From Botryllus schlosseri (taxonomy: Eukaryota), in contig CM119371.1 of the NCBI GenBank assembly GCA_051294905.1, positions 35,280,001 to 35,344,000 on the forward strand: a stretch of DNA of 64,000 bases, written 5' to 3'. The notes beneath the pieces are model-generated. The model searched no databases. It worked only from the letters and a program-made list of their open reading frames with translations, and was not told the DNA's origin. This document shows, one piece after another, positions 12,906 through 26,635 of this stretch (position 1 is its first letter; each line of letters opens with the position of its first letter). Both the position numbers and the translations under genes were made by a program.

Positions 12906-14259
12906 AAAATCAAATTCGGCGCCTGCGATTCTGCATGTATCACAGGAGAAAACGGATTTTTAAAAACATTTTAAAGTCACTGGTCACCCTGATCGACCTT
13001 ACTACTCCAACGTTTATTTTTCCACAACCCCCCACAAAACATCTTCGTACATCAGTATGCTGTATCAGTGGGCTATTGGCAATTAAAATGAGTTTGCACA
13101 GTAGAATATCTCATCTCAGACGACCATTCTGTTGATGTGAGTCCTGTAGCTTTCGCCGTAACGAATCACAAACTGCCTCATGTTCCGCTAATATATAAAA
13201 TTAGAATTTAGGTTATCAACCATTTTGCAAACTTGAAGGCTTCGCGGATCCGCTGTGCTACCCTAGCTGAGAACCACTGCTCAAAGAGAACACCCCCATT
13301 TTCCTAGCGTCGAATTTCTGCGCGCGAGTGGGTAAAATTGGCCACCTCGATAACCGCTGGTTGTAGAGTCATGAGATACTGCTCAAAAGCTGCCAAAACA
13401 TCATGTTTTTATCAGTCTTGAGAAGAAAGTTTTCTCTATTGTGAACACAAAACGAGTTCCAGCCCAAAACTGTAAAATTTAACGCAGCCCACATGTTGGT
13501 GTGATTTACACAAAAACCTTGCTAAATAGATCAATATCTTAATATAAACGCTCACTGGTAAGGGCTGTCCTTGCTGGCTACCTCAGGCCTGCGGGCACCG
13601 TGTTGCCGACGCCTGATTTAGAATATGGTTGTGGACGGAGACCCTGAGTGGTCGACAAGCCCTCTTTAGTAGGGTGGCAGTACAGTGTCGTAATGCAAGT
13701 CCAGACCCCTGGTTGCCTCCCGGGGCTTGAGAAGTTTTATAAGATCGTAGGTGGCCCAATAGGCATCCGCCCGCGTTCACACTCCGATGTCCTCTCATGC
13801 CGGGCGTGCCGACAACGTGAGACCATAATGCATCTTCCAGGCGAGGCCACGTTTGTTTCTCCTCTCCGACTAGCCCATCCTCAGACGAGGCTGGAAGACC
13901 ATTGCTGACTTGGTATATTTGCTACTGAAGCCGCCATCAAAGCATGACTATCCCTCCTCTCATTTCTCATGGAGACGTCTCCCGCCTGAGCCTTCCGCAA
14001 CAGTATTGATGATCAACTAATCAAGTTTTGTCACTGGCAGCTACCCACGTACGAGCTACCCTCCATGCTTTCAGGCAAAGCATGGATTTTCTTTTGCCAT
14101 TTTACCGGGGTTGCCGGCTGGAAAATATTGGCAATTCCTGAATTTCAATATTTTTTGAAATTTTAGGTTAATCGTTGAAATTCAAGAATCCCCTTTAATC
14201 ATAGTTTCCCGTGTCACAAAGCTTCCTGATACACGAATTCATAACATTGCACAATCTGT

Positions 14260-14775
14260 GCTACAACAAAATCAGAAATGCATATTTTTCACATCATGAA
14301 AATGTTTTGCTGGTAATGCTTGGTGATGATGATGAAGGCTTCAGAAGACTTGCAGTTAACAAGATTACAACTATGCGCAGATCAAGCACGGAATACCAGA
14401 TTCCAATTAGCGACTTTGAAGGATTATATGTTAATAAACCGAAACCTAAAAACAACATTGACACTAGCATCAGATAGTTCAAAATATCAATTATAAACAT
14501 CAAGGCCAAATTATTCCACCAAATGTTCCACTTGAATCTATAAGATACGGAAAAGCCACCTGCAATCAAAAACTGGTCTGATCTCGAGCTGAAAATCTAA
14601 GGTCATCACCAGGCTCAATCATCCTTGCCACAACCAGGCAGTGGAAAGACACTTGCAAGTGGTGACTAAAGAATCTGCCCATGTGCCGGGATTTAAACGT
14701 AGAGATGGTCTCATCAGACAAAAACTGAAGTTTTGAAAGCAGATGAAATCCTCTAATACGAAACAAGATTTTAAA
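14260..14775 (+). pseudogene. DNA transposase C-terminal relic (hAT-like, possibly hATm group)
   Basis: ORF 14211-14477 contains NAYFSHHENVLLVMLGDDDEGFRRLAV. Hand translation from ~14617 gives NHPCHNQAVERHLQVVTKESAHVPGFKRRDGLIRQKLKF*KQMKSSNTKQDF, which matches a PCHxQAVER…RDGxIR motif I recall from invertebrate transposases. Stops and frameshifts are present. Confidence 0.6.
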
Positions 14776-15199
14776 GTTTTTTCAGACTTATTCTCCGGTA
14801 GTGAAACCATCTTCGAATTTTTTTTTCAATATAGAGATGTTCTTGTGTTTTCAATATGGATTTGCAATTTATGTGCTTTCAATATAGAGTTGTCATTTCA
14901 TTTTTAAGACAAAGTTCTGTGGAATTGAGATAGAAACTTTTTTCTATCTCATCTTTTAAGCCAAAATCAGCTTTCTAGTGCAGGCGGTTATCAATATATA
15001 GCGAAGCTGGCTATTTTTGACTCGTTCTGTGAAATTGAACGACCACTAGAGGGTACACGAGCCCTAAATTATCATCGAATTTTTTTTTTGATATTTGGCG
15101 CCACATATCAAGTGACCGTTTTGAAATTTAAAATTTTCCATTTTTCAAGCCCCGCTAGACTTTGAGACAATAAATCATGAAAATATAGCGGTTGGGCAG

Positions 15200-15228
15200 T
15201 CTATAATCTAATGATGCTCTTTGTTTAG
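15200..15228 (+). promoter_or_regulatory. Conserved putative 3' splice acceptor (branch-like ctaat/ctgat + pyrimidine tract + AG) upstream of the ZF arrays
   Basis: ctaatgatgctctttgtttAG here; homologous AG at 22031, 22611, 27552, 31336, 34586, 40263, 47592 and 49492; shifted AG at 43012 and 52941. Confidence 0.55.
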
Positions 15229-15413
15229 ATTACTTACCTAGATATCAGATTGTGCCAGACGGTCATCAAGCTAAGGTATATGTGCCGAATAAGGTTGGAT
15301 AAATTTAGCATTCCCAACACCTTAATGTGAAGATCTTGACGGGAAACTCGTTCAGTATCGTTGATGTGATAGTTCGAAGAAAAATTTCTTATGACCTGAA
15401 GTTTCATATAGAC

Positions 15414-15893
15414 ATGCTTGCTGATATGGAAAATCATATATGTGATGTTTGTGGGAAAGCATTTACATTGAAGTGTTACCTCAAGCGTCATTTGAACATA
15501 CATACTGGCATCAAAAATCACGAATGTGCTATTTGTGGAAAAACATTTACATTGAATGGTAACCTCCTGCATCATTTGGACATGCACATTAGCATAAAAA
15601 ATCACAAATGTCATGTATGTGGGAAAGCATTCACATCTTGGAGTAACCTCAAGTATCATTTGGATGTGCATGCGGGTATCAAAAATCATAAATGTGATGC
15701 ATGGGGGAAAGCATTTACATTAATGCGTTATCTCAAGCGTCATTTGGATATGCACTATGGTGTCAAAAATCATAAATGTGATATATGTGGAAAAAAATGG
15801 TCGGACGGGCTACCTCGAGCGTCACATGGTTGCGTTTGGTCGTCAAAAATCGGAAATGTGATATTTAATGGGAAAGGTGCCATGAAGCTATGA
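15414..15893 (+). pseudogene. C2H2 zinc-finger array ZF-a (3 intact fingers, 1 with Cys>Trp, last one frameshifted)
   Basis: CxxC…HxxxH repeats of 28 aa; CDAW lesion; frame breaks at ggaaaaaaatgg (~15795). Confidence 0.75.
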
Positions 15894-15919
15894 TAATTCA
15901 TCAGTGATACCAGTCTTAA

Positions 15920-17353
15920 CCCTTTGCACCCGGCTGTCCAGTATACTGGACCGCCACTGTTTAACACAGAGGAGTTGTTATTTAATCCAAGATAGCTAGA
16001 CCTGTATTGGTCATGAACCGTTACAATGGTTTTATAAGGATAACTCTTATGAATACGCATACATCGGACCATGTATAATCTATTATATCAATGTATATCC
16101 TATTTGAAATGAAGATTGAACACGCAAAAACGTTGCCAGCAAAATTAAATTTGTAACGATGTTCGCTTGAATGAACGCCTGAGATCTAAACCATTGTACC
16201 TTCCGTTCTAGACGTCATATAACCAGTGACAGTTATCTTACATGGCTTGTTGTAGTTATACCATTGTATGAAAGCCCTTATATCGAAGATTAGCACGTAG
16301 AAGATGTTTCAAATTGACGTGAAAGAAAGCGATACCTTGCCACGTGAAAATCATGGCTGCGTAAGAGCACCTGGCTGGTTGCGGTTTCAGACAAATGTAT
16401 AATTGCTTCAGGCAATTGCAAATTATACATATAGTTAGCCATTATCCTGGCAAATCCATCAATATCGCTATCGTGGAGCTTAGCTTTGTATAAGACAACC
16501 GACACCAGCCCTAACACTGAACAAATTAGCGTGCGAGTTAGGCTATTTCGGTAGCCGGGCCTGTAATAATAACATCACATAGACGCAGCCTATGTCTGTT
16601 TTAGATGGCATAGGAAGTTACAGTTGACTTCTATGAATAGTGTTGATTATACGTAAAACATTCGCGCTATAGAAGACAGTTCAAATGGATGTGAAATGAA
16701 GCAATACTGTATCGTGTAAAATGAATTCTCCAGCGCATATAGGCAGCGTCGAATAAGGATAAGCCAGTATATGTTCACTTGGATTGCCTTATTGCAGTTA
16801 CACACAATAACCAACTGAAGCTGATAACACTTGAATAGCAGAGATATATATAACTTAGGCAATGCCGCCAGGGCAGTGCCTATTATGTTACGTAGAACTG
16901 TACACGCGCGCGTTGCCTTCGGCGAGAATACGAGATTAGGTAATCAATCACTTATCGGCGGCCGCCGCGTGAGTCATCCTTATCCTCTCTATCTTTCCAA
17001 TATCGTAGCGCTGGGCTGTGAAGCGTTATAGTAGCGTGTAATGGCTCGTTGGAACGTGGAGATTCATGCGGAGAACAATCAGGTGGTCATATACCAATAG
17101 AAGCCATATGAATGACGTCAGGATAAATTGAAGAACAAAATCATCTTCCATTTTCAAAAAATTGACAACATTTCCTCGCATAACGCCATTCCCTCTCGCG
17201 TCTGAGCCGTGCGAGTGTCTCAGTCCGCTAGGAGGCTACTTCAGGTTTACAGCAATATATTGGGCGTCGATTTAAGCCCTATGGATCGCATTTTATCGGT
17301 ATTTTTATGGATGCAGTAAAATTTTGGTCAGTAGGCCGGCCGATCACAAAGGG
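15920..17353. mobile_element. Non-autonomous piggyBac-like element
   Basis: ttaa|ccctttg … caaaggg|ttaa; the flanks rejoin into the post-ZF sequence seen uninterrupted at ~35890-35930; homologous fragment at 36063-36720. Confidence 0.8.
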
Positions 17354-18121
17354 TTAATAACCATGAATATGTATCATCTGTAAAACGGCAATGTAGCCAA
17401 GCCTTCGATGCAAACCACTGTCCCACGTGAAAACATTCAGTTAACTGCCTTTTTCTTGTTTATTACTGTGATAGCAGTTAACCACATTTTAGTGGTATTT
17501 AATGCTATCCAAGAAAGTATAGGTGTGTGGAGATACGATTTCCATACTCAATCGAGACGGGTCTTCATTTTCAAAGCGTTTCGCATATCAAACCATTAAT
17601 TATTCCCCATACGGCTCAAGAAGTCGAAGTAATGGCAAAGAAATCTGTACATCAGTACTGGAGCAAGCTGAATGTATTGCTGGTCTCGAAAACATTTGTA
17701 ACTTTACAACTTGGTGTTGCAGGCGATCCTGTGATCCTTCACCCATAAATTCAAATCTTTAATTATTACATCCTGTTCTGGCGTAATTTGCTTCGAGTAG
17801 AAAGGCCATGATCCGAGAGATTCTTAAGAGGCTCTTTGCTGAATCTACTGGCATTCAACGTCTGAAACATATTTGAATGTTGCGAAGTCATTCTGTTTTA
17901 GTACTCAATGGTGTTCTGTTTTGCGATGTCACTGTCGAACAATCATGACATAACCATCGCTAATCATGCAATTAATGGCATTGTCCCTAAACGATAGCAG
18001 AGAACAGCCAAAGCCTGCGAGGCTGGCAACGCGATAGTTCGGGCCAGCGACACAACGTCCTGCGCACGAGGCCTATTACAGATGCGATTGATGTATACAA
18101 GTACCGGTGTTGCCTCTATAC

Positions 18122-21100
18122 CAGAGGTCTCAAACACGCGGCCCGCGGGCCGCATGCGGCCCGCCAGAGCATTTTGTGCGGCCCGCGACGACATTTTAGA
18201 TTTTTACTAATTTGACAATATATAAGTGTCACATATATCTTTTCAGGTTATAAAGTGAAAATGCCCTCCTAAATTACTCCGAAAGCCTCAAACTATTCAT
18301 CAAACTTCGCTATCACATCAATTGCAAACGCTACCATGCAGTGGAAGATTCACTATTTCGCCAAATTTCCAATTCATGATGACAAATCGTGACCCTTAGA
18401 CGATTCGTGACTGAAATTTGTGAGTTGGACTTAGGCGCGACCTTTCCTAAATTACTCAGACTCGGGCTAACTCGATGGCAAAATGAAAATGAATCGAGTG
18501 GACTTGGAGTGACTCGGAATGCCGTGAATTTGTTAGAACCATGGACGCAACAAACTAATCGCGTATCAGGGGAGTAATAGATCAGAAGGTCGCACCTTGC
18601 TGGTATTTCGCTAACTAAGCAAGTTAATATGGCAACCATAGGAGTAATTCCCTCTCAACATGCAAACGCCCGTCTCCACACCATTTCAGATCAAATTGAA
18701 AATTTTCACATCGACAAGGTACTAAATTTGGTGCATAGCAAACTTTGTTTCAAGAAAATCGGACAATTCGTTACAGAGTTATTGCAATTTGAAAAATGAC
18801 ATTTTGTGCTCACTCGGCCGTGACGCTATACCGCTTGGAACCTGTGTCTAATTGTAATTAACATTATAGTGATCAAATTGCTGCCGGGCAGACTTGAATT
18901 TCTGTAGTAAGATATTTTGGTATATGCTTATTGGGATAGACCTAAATTTTTAACTTTACTAATGGGGGTTAGGGGTCAAATGTCAATTCAAAGTCATCAT
19001 GTTTTCAAAATCAGTCATGCGTAACAAATATGCAACTCTGCCTAGCGTAATTCTATTTAAACCGATTTTTTCGAGGAAGGTGTCAAATGGAAGCTTGGAA
19101 AGAGTAGAACGTTGCTAAATTGGTATTGCATGTGATATTTGACTGCCACTTGTCTAAAACTTCATTGAAAAGATGCGCTCTAAATAGTGCATGACCTGTT
19201 ATGCATAAAGTGTCAAAGTATATTTTTAACCGTGATCCTGTCTTATATTCAATTCATAACCAATTCTGATGGATTCTAATTGGTAACAGCTTTCATATGA
19301 CACCTTACTTATGAATTTTGAGTTAGATAGAGTCGTGCCAGAGAGTTCAGAAATATCATCACGCATCACTGATTATAACATACTGGTATGTCAATTTTCG
19401 AATCAAGATTTGAACCTTGATTCTGTAATACGGAGGGGAATTCCTAGTGAGTGAAGAACATGTACCACCAATCATTGCTTACCAGCATTACTACCTGCAG
19501 CCTGTATAAGTAATGATTTTAGCAGTTATAATTATACGCAAATTTCATGGTTGAGTAAGCACGAAATCCTCATTCTTCATACTGCAATTGCTCAAGAACC
19601 GATCAATAAGGTTATATTAATTAAATTCTATTCTACTCAGAATTGGGTACTTTAGTTGTACATGATATTGCAGAGAAATCTGAGAGGGTGTGAAGACGAA
19701 TTGAAATATTATTTGGATGTTGACTCGAATTACTGATAGTCGGTAAACCCAGAAGCCCCCTTGCAAGCATAATGCACATGCAATAAATAAAAGTACTCTA
19801 TGAGCATGGCAATAATTATCTACTGAACACACATTATCATATAAGGAGTAGAATAATGACAAAATCAGATAATCACTGAATTAATATAATTAAAATTAAT
19901 TAAAAAATGACATATTTTGCATTATGCACCATATTATATTTTTAACCATGTTGCTGTCAAATATCAATAATAAAACTAAGTTTCGTGCATTCTAGTTGGA
20001 AACAGCTTTCAAATGACACCTTGCTTGTGAATTTTGGTTTAAATAGAATTGCACCAGATGAGTTGAAAAATATCGTTATGCATCACCGATTTTAACATAT
20101 GCCAATTTTGAAATCGCGTTTTGAACCTTGACCCAATACTGTGGAGCGGGGAAATTCGTGGTAAGTGAAGAACATGTACCAACAATTATTGCTAAATAAC
20201 ATTCAAACCTTTACTCTACGTAACCTCTGAGCTATATCAGTTACAATCATACACAGGTTTTGTGTTGCCAAATTTCATGGTTGAGTAATCACAAAATCAT
20301 CATTTTTCAAACTGCAATAACTCGAAAGCCGTTCAACGAAATTGTCCGAAATAAATTTCGTTGTACTCAGAACTAGATACTTTAGTTGTATATAAATTTA
20401 GGGAAAAATCTGAGAGGGTGTGGAGACGGATTTAAAAAATATTTGCATGTTGACAGGGAATTACTCATAGGCAATCTGTTAGTTACATCTCTGGTCGCTA
20501 AACCGTGTTATTAAGGCCACTTAAAGGTATCGAGTACCGTAGTGAGACGCTCCAACGATGTAACAGCAATGGGCCGTTCGGCGTTCCGACATTTCAATCA
20601 GTAGGACACATTCATTAATATATTTTTATTTTATTTATATTTTTTTCTGCTCCTATATTTGAAGATATGTGGCCATGAGATTAATAGCCTACTTATCAGA
20701 AGTATACCCGAATCATGGATTGGAATTACAATGCTCAAATTAAAAATGTTTTGATATCAGATCAGTCTCTATTATCCATCTGTTAAATTCAAAATATTCA
20801 TAGTAGCTGAAAAATAATAACCCGATAGCTTTTATAATGGTATCATACATTTATCCGCCATACGGTGTCTATATCTAATAATTATATATATATATATATC
20901 AAGTACGACAGCAATTCTATTCAAATAGTTATAAATGTGAGGATTCTATTCGTGCCAGGCTTAAATTGATACAAGAGTACATCACATTTTGACGATCTGC
21001 GTTCACTGTCAGTCTGTTGGATCGGCTCACTTTCAATAGGACAATCCATTCCCGCAAAATAAGGCCTACTTGGAAAGACACAGAATACCCCCATAAATGC

Positions 21101-21166
21101 TGCGGCCCGCGGCGTCGTCAAAACTGGAAAACTGGCCCGCGAGCACATTTGAGTTTGAGACCTCTG
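18122..21166. mobile_element. Charlie/Buster-like non-autonomous hAT element
   Basis: Perfect 14-bp TIR cagaggtctcaaac / gtttgagacctctg; perfect TSD ctctatac; ggcccgc subterminal motifs; empty site visible at ~32770 (ttgcctctatacgatagtagatagc). Confidence 0.95.
18642..20466. mobile_element. Non-autonomous DNA transposon with 4-bp TSD and GAG…CTC ends (Sola-like), nested in 18122-21166
   Basis: 25-bp TIR gagtaattccctctcaacatgcaaa / tttgcatgttgacagggaattactc (24/25); TSD atag / atag. Confidence 0.8.
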
Positions 21167-22210
21167 CTCTATACGATAGTAGATAGCTGCCAAAGCCTGC
21201 GAGGCCGGCGACGCGACATCTTGCGCACGAGGTCAGATGCGATTGTTCAGGCCAACAGTTATGTCATGTGCACCAGGCATGTTGGAGATTCAACCAGGCC
21301 AGCGATAAGATCTTGCGCACATGGCGTGCTGTGTATGCGGTTGTTCAGGCCTGTAGTTGACGTGATAAATTAGCGAGGATTGCCGTGTGCGGGTACAGTT
21401 AATGATCTAATTTAGCAAGCGAATCAACGGCAAACCAACTCAACAGGAGATCACGCGCTGTTGTGCAGCGCAGACAACCCTGGGCAATCAATCTGTAATA
21501 CGCCTTGTGCGCAAGATGTCGTGTCGCTGGCCTGAACTATCGCATCGCCGGCCTCGCATGCTTTGACCGATATCAACTATCGTTCATGGAAAATGCCGTA
21601 AATTGTATAATGATTAGCGATCGTTGTCGTTGTAAGGATGCGTATTATACATGTGGATGTGAAAATTACTGTAATCTAAGATTGACAACGAGCGTCTCAA
21701 ACTTTGAATCCGCTATCAGACTATTGGCGTAATTTATTCACGCTAATCAAAATATGAGAAAGGCCTGATGATTCAATTGAAGTCCGATCTGTTACAGAAC
21801 AGATTCCACGACAGACTTTGACATTTTGATTTGATTTACCACCCTATAATATAGTCATGGAGTGGCTGCACCACCCCGTAATCGAGAGTTGAATTATGCT
21901 CAAATGGCTTGTTGCTATGTAGGCGTCTGAACTATCGTTTGTGCATTTTATTTAATTCTATTGATTTATTTGTATGTGCAAGAGTAACGGTCGCACTGTC
22001 TTTAATCGAATGAATGATGCTCTTTGTTTAGTTCACTTACCAATATATTAGATTGTGCCTGATGGTCAATAAGCTTGGCTGTATGTGCGAATTGAGTTGG
22101 GAAAGATCTAGAATTCCTAACACTTTGAGCGTGAAAATCTTAACTCGGTAAAGATTGTTGATGCATCATTTCCATGAAAAAATTCATATAACCTCAAGTT
22201 TTATATAGAC

Positions 22211-22480
22211 ATGCATGCTGGTATAGGAAATCAAAGACGTGATACTTGTGGGAAAGCATTTACTCGCAAGGGATACCTCGAGTTTAATTTGGAAATGCAT
22301 ACTGGTGTCACGAACCATAAGTGTCATGTATGTGGAAAAGCATTTACATGGAAGGGTACCCTCAAGCATCATTTGGACATGCATGCTGGTATGAAAAATC
22401 ATAAATGTTATACTTGTGGGAAAGCATTTTCTCGGAAAGGCTACTTCAAGCTTCATTTGGATAAACATGCCGGTGTTACA
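22211..22480 (+). pseudogene. Truncated C2H2 ZF array ZF-b (3 fingers, first lacks a Cys)
   Basis: The ORF runs from finger 3 directly into the upstream module of the next gene at ggtgt|tacagtatgcttg. Confidence 0.75.
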
Positions 22481-22740
22481 GTATGCTTGTATGGCTTGTT
22501 GATATGTAGTCATTTGATTTTGTTCAGTTCATTTGTTTCTATTGCTTTTTTTGTATGATATGCATGTATGGCGGTTGTGCTTACTATAATCTGATGGTGC
22601 AATTTTTTCAGCTTACTTACCGAAATATCAGAGTAACCGAAATATCAGAGTATCATTAAGCTGAAGTATATGTTTGAATAGAGTTGGGAAAAATTTGCAT
22701 TCCTGGCACTTCAACCTCAAATGCTCAATCAAGATCGTTG

Positions 22741-24159
22741 ATGCGATATTTCAGAAAAGAAAATTCACATGACTTCAAGTTTGAAATAGACATGCAGGCT
22801 GGCATCAAAAATCATAAATGTGACATATGTGGGAAATCATTTACTCGGAAGTATGTCCTTATGCGTCATTTGGACATGCATGGAGGCATCAAAAATCATA
22901 AATGTGATACTTGTGGGAAAGCATTTTCTCGGAAAGGATACTTCAAGCTTCATTTGGATATGCATGCCGGTGTCACAAATCATGAGTGTGATATATGTGG
23001 AAAAGCATTTGCATCGAAGAGTAACCTCAAGCATCATTTGGACAAGCATGCTGGCGTCACAAATCATAAGTGTCATATATGTGGAAAAGCCTTTACATGG
23101 AAGTGTAACCTCAAGAATCATTTGGACAGGCATTCTGGCATCACGCATCATAAATGTGACATATGTGGGAAATCATTTACTCGGAAGTATGTCCTTATGC
23201 GTCATTTGGACATGCATGGAGGCATCAAAAATCATAAATGTGATACTTGTGGGAAAGCATTTTCTCGGAAAGTATACTTCAAGCTTCATTTGGATATGCA
23301 TGCTGGTGTCACAAATCATGAGTGTGATATATGTGGAAAAGCATTTGCATCGAAGAGTAACCTCAAGCATCATTTGGACAAGCATGCTGGCGTCACAAAT
23401 CATAAGTGTCATATATGTGGAAAAGCCTTTACATGGAAGTGTAACTTCAAGAATCATTTGGACAGGCATTCTGGCGTCACACATCATAAATGTGATGTAT
23501 GTGGGAAACCATTCAAATCGAAGGGTAACCTCAAGCGTCATTTGGAAATGCATGCTGGAATCCAAAATCATGCATGTGATATTTGTGGAAAAGCTTTCAC
23601 TCAGAAGAGTGACCTGAAACTTCATTTATACATGCATGCTAGCATCAGAAACCACATATGTGAGATATGTGGGAAAGCATTTATTCGGAAGTATCTCCTC
23701 GAGCGTCATTTGGACATGCATGCTAGCATCAAAAATCACAAATGTGACATATGTGGGAAATCATTTACTCGGAAGTATGTCCTTATGCGTCATTTGGACA
23801 TGCATGGAGGCATCAAAAATCATGAATGTGATATATGTGGAAAAGCATTTTCACAAAAGGTCGAACTCAATCTTCATTTGGAAATGCATGCTGGCGTAAC
23901 AGATCATAAATGTGATATATGTGAGAAAACTATCAAGTCAAAGCGTGCCCTCAAATTTCATTTGGACATGCATGCTGGCGTCACAAATCATAAATGCTGT
24001 ATATGTGGAAAAGCTATTTCTACAAAGGGTACCCTCAAGCTTCATTTGGACATGCATGCTGGCGTCACAAATCATAAATGTGATATATGTGGGAAAGCAT
24101 TTATTCAGAAGAGCAACCTCAACGTTCATTTGGAGAGGCATGCTCAATCGCAAATGTGA
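22741..24159 (+). CDS. C2H2 zinc-finger protein ZF-c, 16 tandem fingers
   Basis: Open frame with 16 intact CxxC-x12-HxxxH units; first in-frame ATG at 22741 (the track start 22684 is TTG); internal 336-bp duplication. Confidence 0.88.
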   Translation: MRYFRKENSHDFKFEIDMQAGIKNHKCDICGKSFTRKYVLMRHLDMHGGIKNHKCDTCGKAFSRKGYFKLHLDMHAGVTNHECDICGKAFASKSNLKHHLDKHAGVTNHKCHICGKAFTWKCNLKNHLDRHSGITHHKCDICGKSFTRKYVLMRHLDMHGGIKNHKCDTCGKAFSRKVYFKLHLDMHAGVTNHECDICGKAFASKSNLKHHLDKHAGVTNHKCHICGKAFTWKCNFKNHLDRHSGVTHHKCDVCGKPFKSKGNLKRHLEMHAGIQNHACDICGKAFTQKSDLKLHLYMHASIRNHICEICGKAFIRKYLLERHLDMHASIKNHKCDICGKSFTRKYVLMRHLDMHGGIKNHECDICGKAFSQKVELNLHLEMHAGVTDHKCDICEKTIKSKRALKFHLDMHAGVTNHKCCICGKAISTKGTLKLHLDMHAGVTNHKCDICGKAFIQKSNLNVHLERHAQSQM

Positions 24160-26635
24160 TATATGCTGAAAGGTATTTCCTCAGAAGGGCAACCTCAAGC
24201 GTTACTTCCAGGACAGTTAATTTCTCGGTGTATTTGGATTTGAAAACTGCATAGTCCGACAAGCGTCGCCATGTCCGCTATTCTCTCTGAGCAATCATGG
24301 TATCGGGCAATCAAGACTTCGAGGCGTACGATGGCGGTATGATTGAATTCGCTGGTGGTGTTGGTCACCGTTGCAACAGCAACTTAATTTGTGGATTTTC
24401 AAAGGGGGTGTGAGCCTTTGACCCTGGCAATATATTAAGGATGATTGCTGCGCGATGCTCGCTCGTGCTCAATGACCTAATTTCGCTCTCGTACAAATGG
24501 CTAACTAACTTAGCAGGAGACCATGTGCTGTGCTGCTCGTTAATTGGTAACACGCTTCTCGCTAATTGGCAGCACATAACACCCATAATACGAATTACTG
24601 AGCGCGATGGCTGAAAGTGATGCGCGATTGGAAACAAACATGAAGAAAGGTGTGATTTCAATTTTTTATCGAGGGAGATTTTTTTCAAGACTATGCCAAT
24701 GTATAATGCGTATCCCCTATTTTAGGGCAAAAAACCGTGAAAATTTTGCGCATTATACATGGAAAATTACAGTAATTCATTATTCCTGATACTTGCTAAC
24801 AATGAGGGTGTATTTTCTGTAAAATATCGATATTCTAGAGCAATTTAAAATTATGCTTTATGTTTACCGCTGTACCGTGTAAAAACAGTTGAATTGCTGC
24901 CTTATTATGAGTTGATCACTGCGATGGTAGTTCCTATCCGCGAAAGTGAAGGTGGGGAGATCCGATTTCTATACGCAATTGAGACAAGTCCTCATATTTA
25001 AAGGCTTTCGCATATAAAAAACCACAATTATTTGCCATATTGCTCAAGTAGTCAGCAATGGCAAGGAAATCTATTAACCAATATTGGAACATGTTGACTG
25101 TTTTGCTGCTTTCGAAAAAGAATAACTTTAGTACTTGCTCTTACAATGCCATCACTGACCCAAATTTTGACAACTTCGGGTCCAATGCTACGTTATAGGG
25201 GCGTAGACATGTGATCCATATCCAAGATCCCCCACCCATTCCCCCCAAGCTCAAATATGCCACCAGAATCCGAAATCTAGCTCTGTTATATCTTGGTATA
25301 ATTGCTCATTTGTGATTGGATGCCCAATGAGCAGTTTCACAAGAGCAATAAATTTTTCTCCTAACCATTTCTCGTCTATGACAATGGGAGTAATATGCGT
25401 ATCACATTATATTGCAGCTGAAGATTTCGCCCTTGCGCGTTCATGGCTATAGTACCATAACAGATTGTGGGCCTACTAATCATATGCCCGATGTGGAATC
25501 TATCATGTAATCCAATTCGCAATGATTTAGATTGGTTGTTGTGTTGGTTCCCAGATTTCCGTCTTTTCGTATCTCTAGCGCATCTGCTGATCAAATGCAC
25601 TTGGCCAGTAGTAAAAACATTAGAGGCTTGCAAAAAGTAGACCGCTCCGTGACTCAAGGCGCGTTATAGGGCTATCCATATTCGATGTATTGCGGTAATG
25701 ACAAGAAGTTATAGGCGTGGACAATTCACAATTGTGACTTTTGCACCGCAAACGCATTTTGGAAAGCTTTTTTGATTGCTTGCCTGAGCCTGCGCCGGTC
25801 CACTATTATTCATGATTGTATCACACAAGCTCGAGCGTTAATTGGTTTTTAATAGAGCCCGACCAATTGTCGATCCGATATCACATTTTGAAGTAATTAT
25901 CTGTATCGACCATTAGAGGTGAAAAAATATCAGCAATTTTCGTTAAGTCACAACATGGTGGTAAAATGTTAGGAAACCATAATCGTTGGCCTCTGATTGA
26001 AAATATTGCTGTACCTCATATATCTTACACTTCCACGGTGTCCGGATGCAGCATTTTTAGTTGATTTCAATATCGAATATGACTATGGAATGGAAAATCC
26101 CGTTTTACCATTGTTAAGTCACGCTTGAATTCTTTTAGCAGTTTTGGTCACATTACTTTGCTGTAGGTAAGATGGCATATCACATGTATACTCGACTTTG
26201 ATACTAATATTACCATCCCAATCAGTTATCAGTTACCATTAATCCTGAAACTTACTACAGCGTTTTATGACAATCATAACATCATCTTGATATACAATTC
26301 GGAAGATAGTCTTTTAACTCGGTATGCAACAGCATCAAAATCTACATTTGTGTACAATCCATGATAAAAATGGAGATGTTCGGACCAGCAGATTTAGTAA
26401 AGCTAGTCATGATACTTCATTAGTCACGGCATGGCAACACGTACGCTGTATGCCAGAGGCGAAAGTCGTCGAAAATTTCAAGTTGTATGTTGACTGCCGT
26501 CAACACATGCTAGTGAAATTACGTGTACACAGCCATACACACATTCTTCTATGACTGCATGCGGCGTACAACCATTAGTTGGCCGCTGTTGATCTCAAGT
26601 ATTTCCTTCAATGGTAAGCACTACCTTGTCTAGTG

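Noticed and set aside
2..13135. Short ORFs (60-117 aa) in the left flank as protein-coding genes
   Set aside because: They lie mostly within TE-derived sequence and have no recognisable domains; small spliced exons cannot be excluded without transcript data.
22813..24150. 84-bp periodic repeat with variable segments resembling a CRISPR array
   Set aside because: It is in-frame zinc-finger coding sequence in eukaryotic DNA; there are no cas genes and the variable parts encode helix residues.
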